Below are positions 63,100-64,000 of a stretch of DNA of 64,000 nt, one piece after another. Within the stretch, counting starts at the first letter, position 1. Each line of letters starts with the position of its first letter. The notes under the pieces are model-generated. The model searched no databases, was not told where the DNA came from, and saw nothing but the letters and a program-made list of their open reading frames with translations. A program made the position numbers and the translations under genes. Origin of the DNA: Mobula hypostoma (Eukaryota). The DNA lies in contig NC_086109.1 in assembly GCF_963921235.1 (NCBI RefSeq), forward strand, positions 30,134,001 to 30,198,000, given 5' to 3'.

Positions 63100-64000
63100 G
63101 CACTGTGAGCATCCTCTCCCAATATACAAAAACTACAGCAAACTGTCAGGTCAGCAGAGAAGGTCATTGTCTGCAGTCTACCATCACTGCAGGACTTGTA
63201 AGTATCCACATCAAAGAAGCAGGCAGGTAAAACCATGGTGGACACTACCCACCCAGCTAACTGACTTTTTCAAATGCACCCTTCTAGGAAATGCTATAAG
63301 GTTATTAAAGCAAAAAAAAACTTCACGACATCTTAAAATTTTAATCTGGTCAACCATTTTAGTTAGCTCAGTCTCTGACCTGCGCAGTAAGAACTTTAAA
63401 CCACTTTTTTAGTGATGTTTACATTGAAAAGTTCAAAGTACATTTCTTATCAAACTGTGTATACTGCATACAACCTTGTGATTTGTCTTCTTGCAGGCAG
63501 CCATAAAATAAAGAAACACAATAAAACCCATTTTAAAAAACACACAACAAAGACTGTTAAACACCCAATGTGCAAAAATAAAGAACAATCGTGCAAACAA
63601 TAAAAAAAATAAAATAACACCCAGATCATGAACCACAGACTCCCCAAAAGTAAGTCCACAGCCACAGAGCCAGTTCAGCACTGAGGCGTGTGAAGCTGGT
63701 CCAGGAGTCTGATAGCTGCAGGCTATTGCCCTGAAGCTGCTTCAGCACTGAAGCAAATAAACCTCATAGAGTAGTGAGCTGAACACCGGTTCATCCTTCA
63801 CCCTCAGCCTTGACACCTTGATCAAATTGCACAAGTAGTAAAAAAAAAGTAAACAAAAACACACGGAATATGAACTGCAGAATCCCAAATGTGAATCCAC
63901 ATCTGCAGAGCCTGTTCTGCGCTGAGGCAACTAAATCCCGATGGCTGCCGAGCAACAACTGCAAGTAGATTGCACTGAGCACTTATTTGCTTTCCACACT
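63100..64000. mobile_element. Rex-type remnants (+ strand 3' fragment, then a - strand tail element running off the window)
   Basis: atcaaagaagcaggcaggtaaa...cacccagc; tail ttcaaagtacatttcttatcaaa... shared with 59700-59790. Confidence 0.55.

Noticed and set aside
57840..64000. Next TBC1D22B exon (expected to contain LQFAFRWMNNLL)
   Set aside because: I found no such coding sequence by eye; it probably lies beyond the window.

Overview
This is a 64-kb eukaryotic (vertebrate) genomic window, not microbial DNA. The repeat content (V-SINEs, elasmobranch-type CR1, Rex/Babar, Penelope) suggests a cartilaginous fish, probably a ray (inference). The only host gene I can support is TBC1D22B (Rab-GAP TBC domain), seen as three internal + strand coding exons (399-513, 53793-53899, 57764-57839). 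These are separated by a 53,279-bp and a 3,864-bp GT-AG intron, and a third intron runs off the window end. Almost all other long ORFs are transposon-derived: CR1, Rex/Babar, L1 and RTE LINE remnants, Tc1, Tigger and hAT DNA elements, SINEs and Penelope-like (GIY-YIG) retroelements, often nested. The most interesting signal is the Penelope family. Its 3' terminal repeat carries a minimal type I hammerhead ribozyme motif (CUGACGA...GAAACGUC). It has left several short TSD-flanked inserts, some folded back into ~70-bp perfect hairpins and some beginning at the predicted cleavage site, and an older subfamily shares a CUGC core variant. Other notable structures are a palindromic Tc1 built from two right ends, a Tigger4/MER2-like element and an unexplained nested inverted repeat near 34.6-35.3 kb. 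All family assignments come from motif recognition; no database search was run, and boundaries of decayed repeats are approximate.
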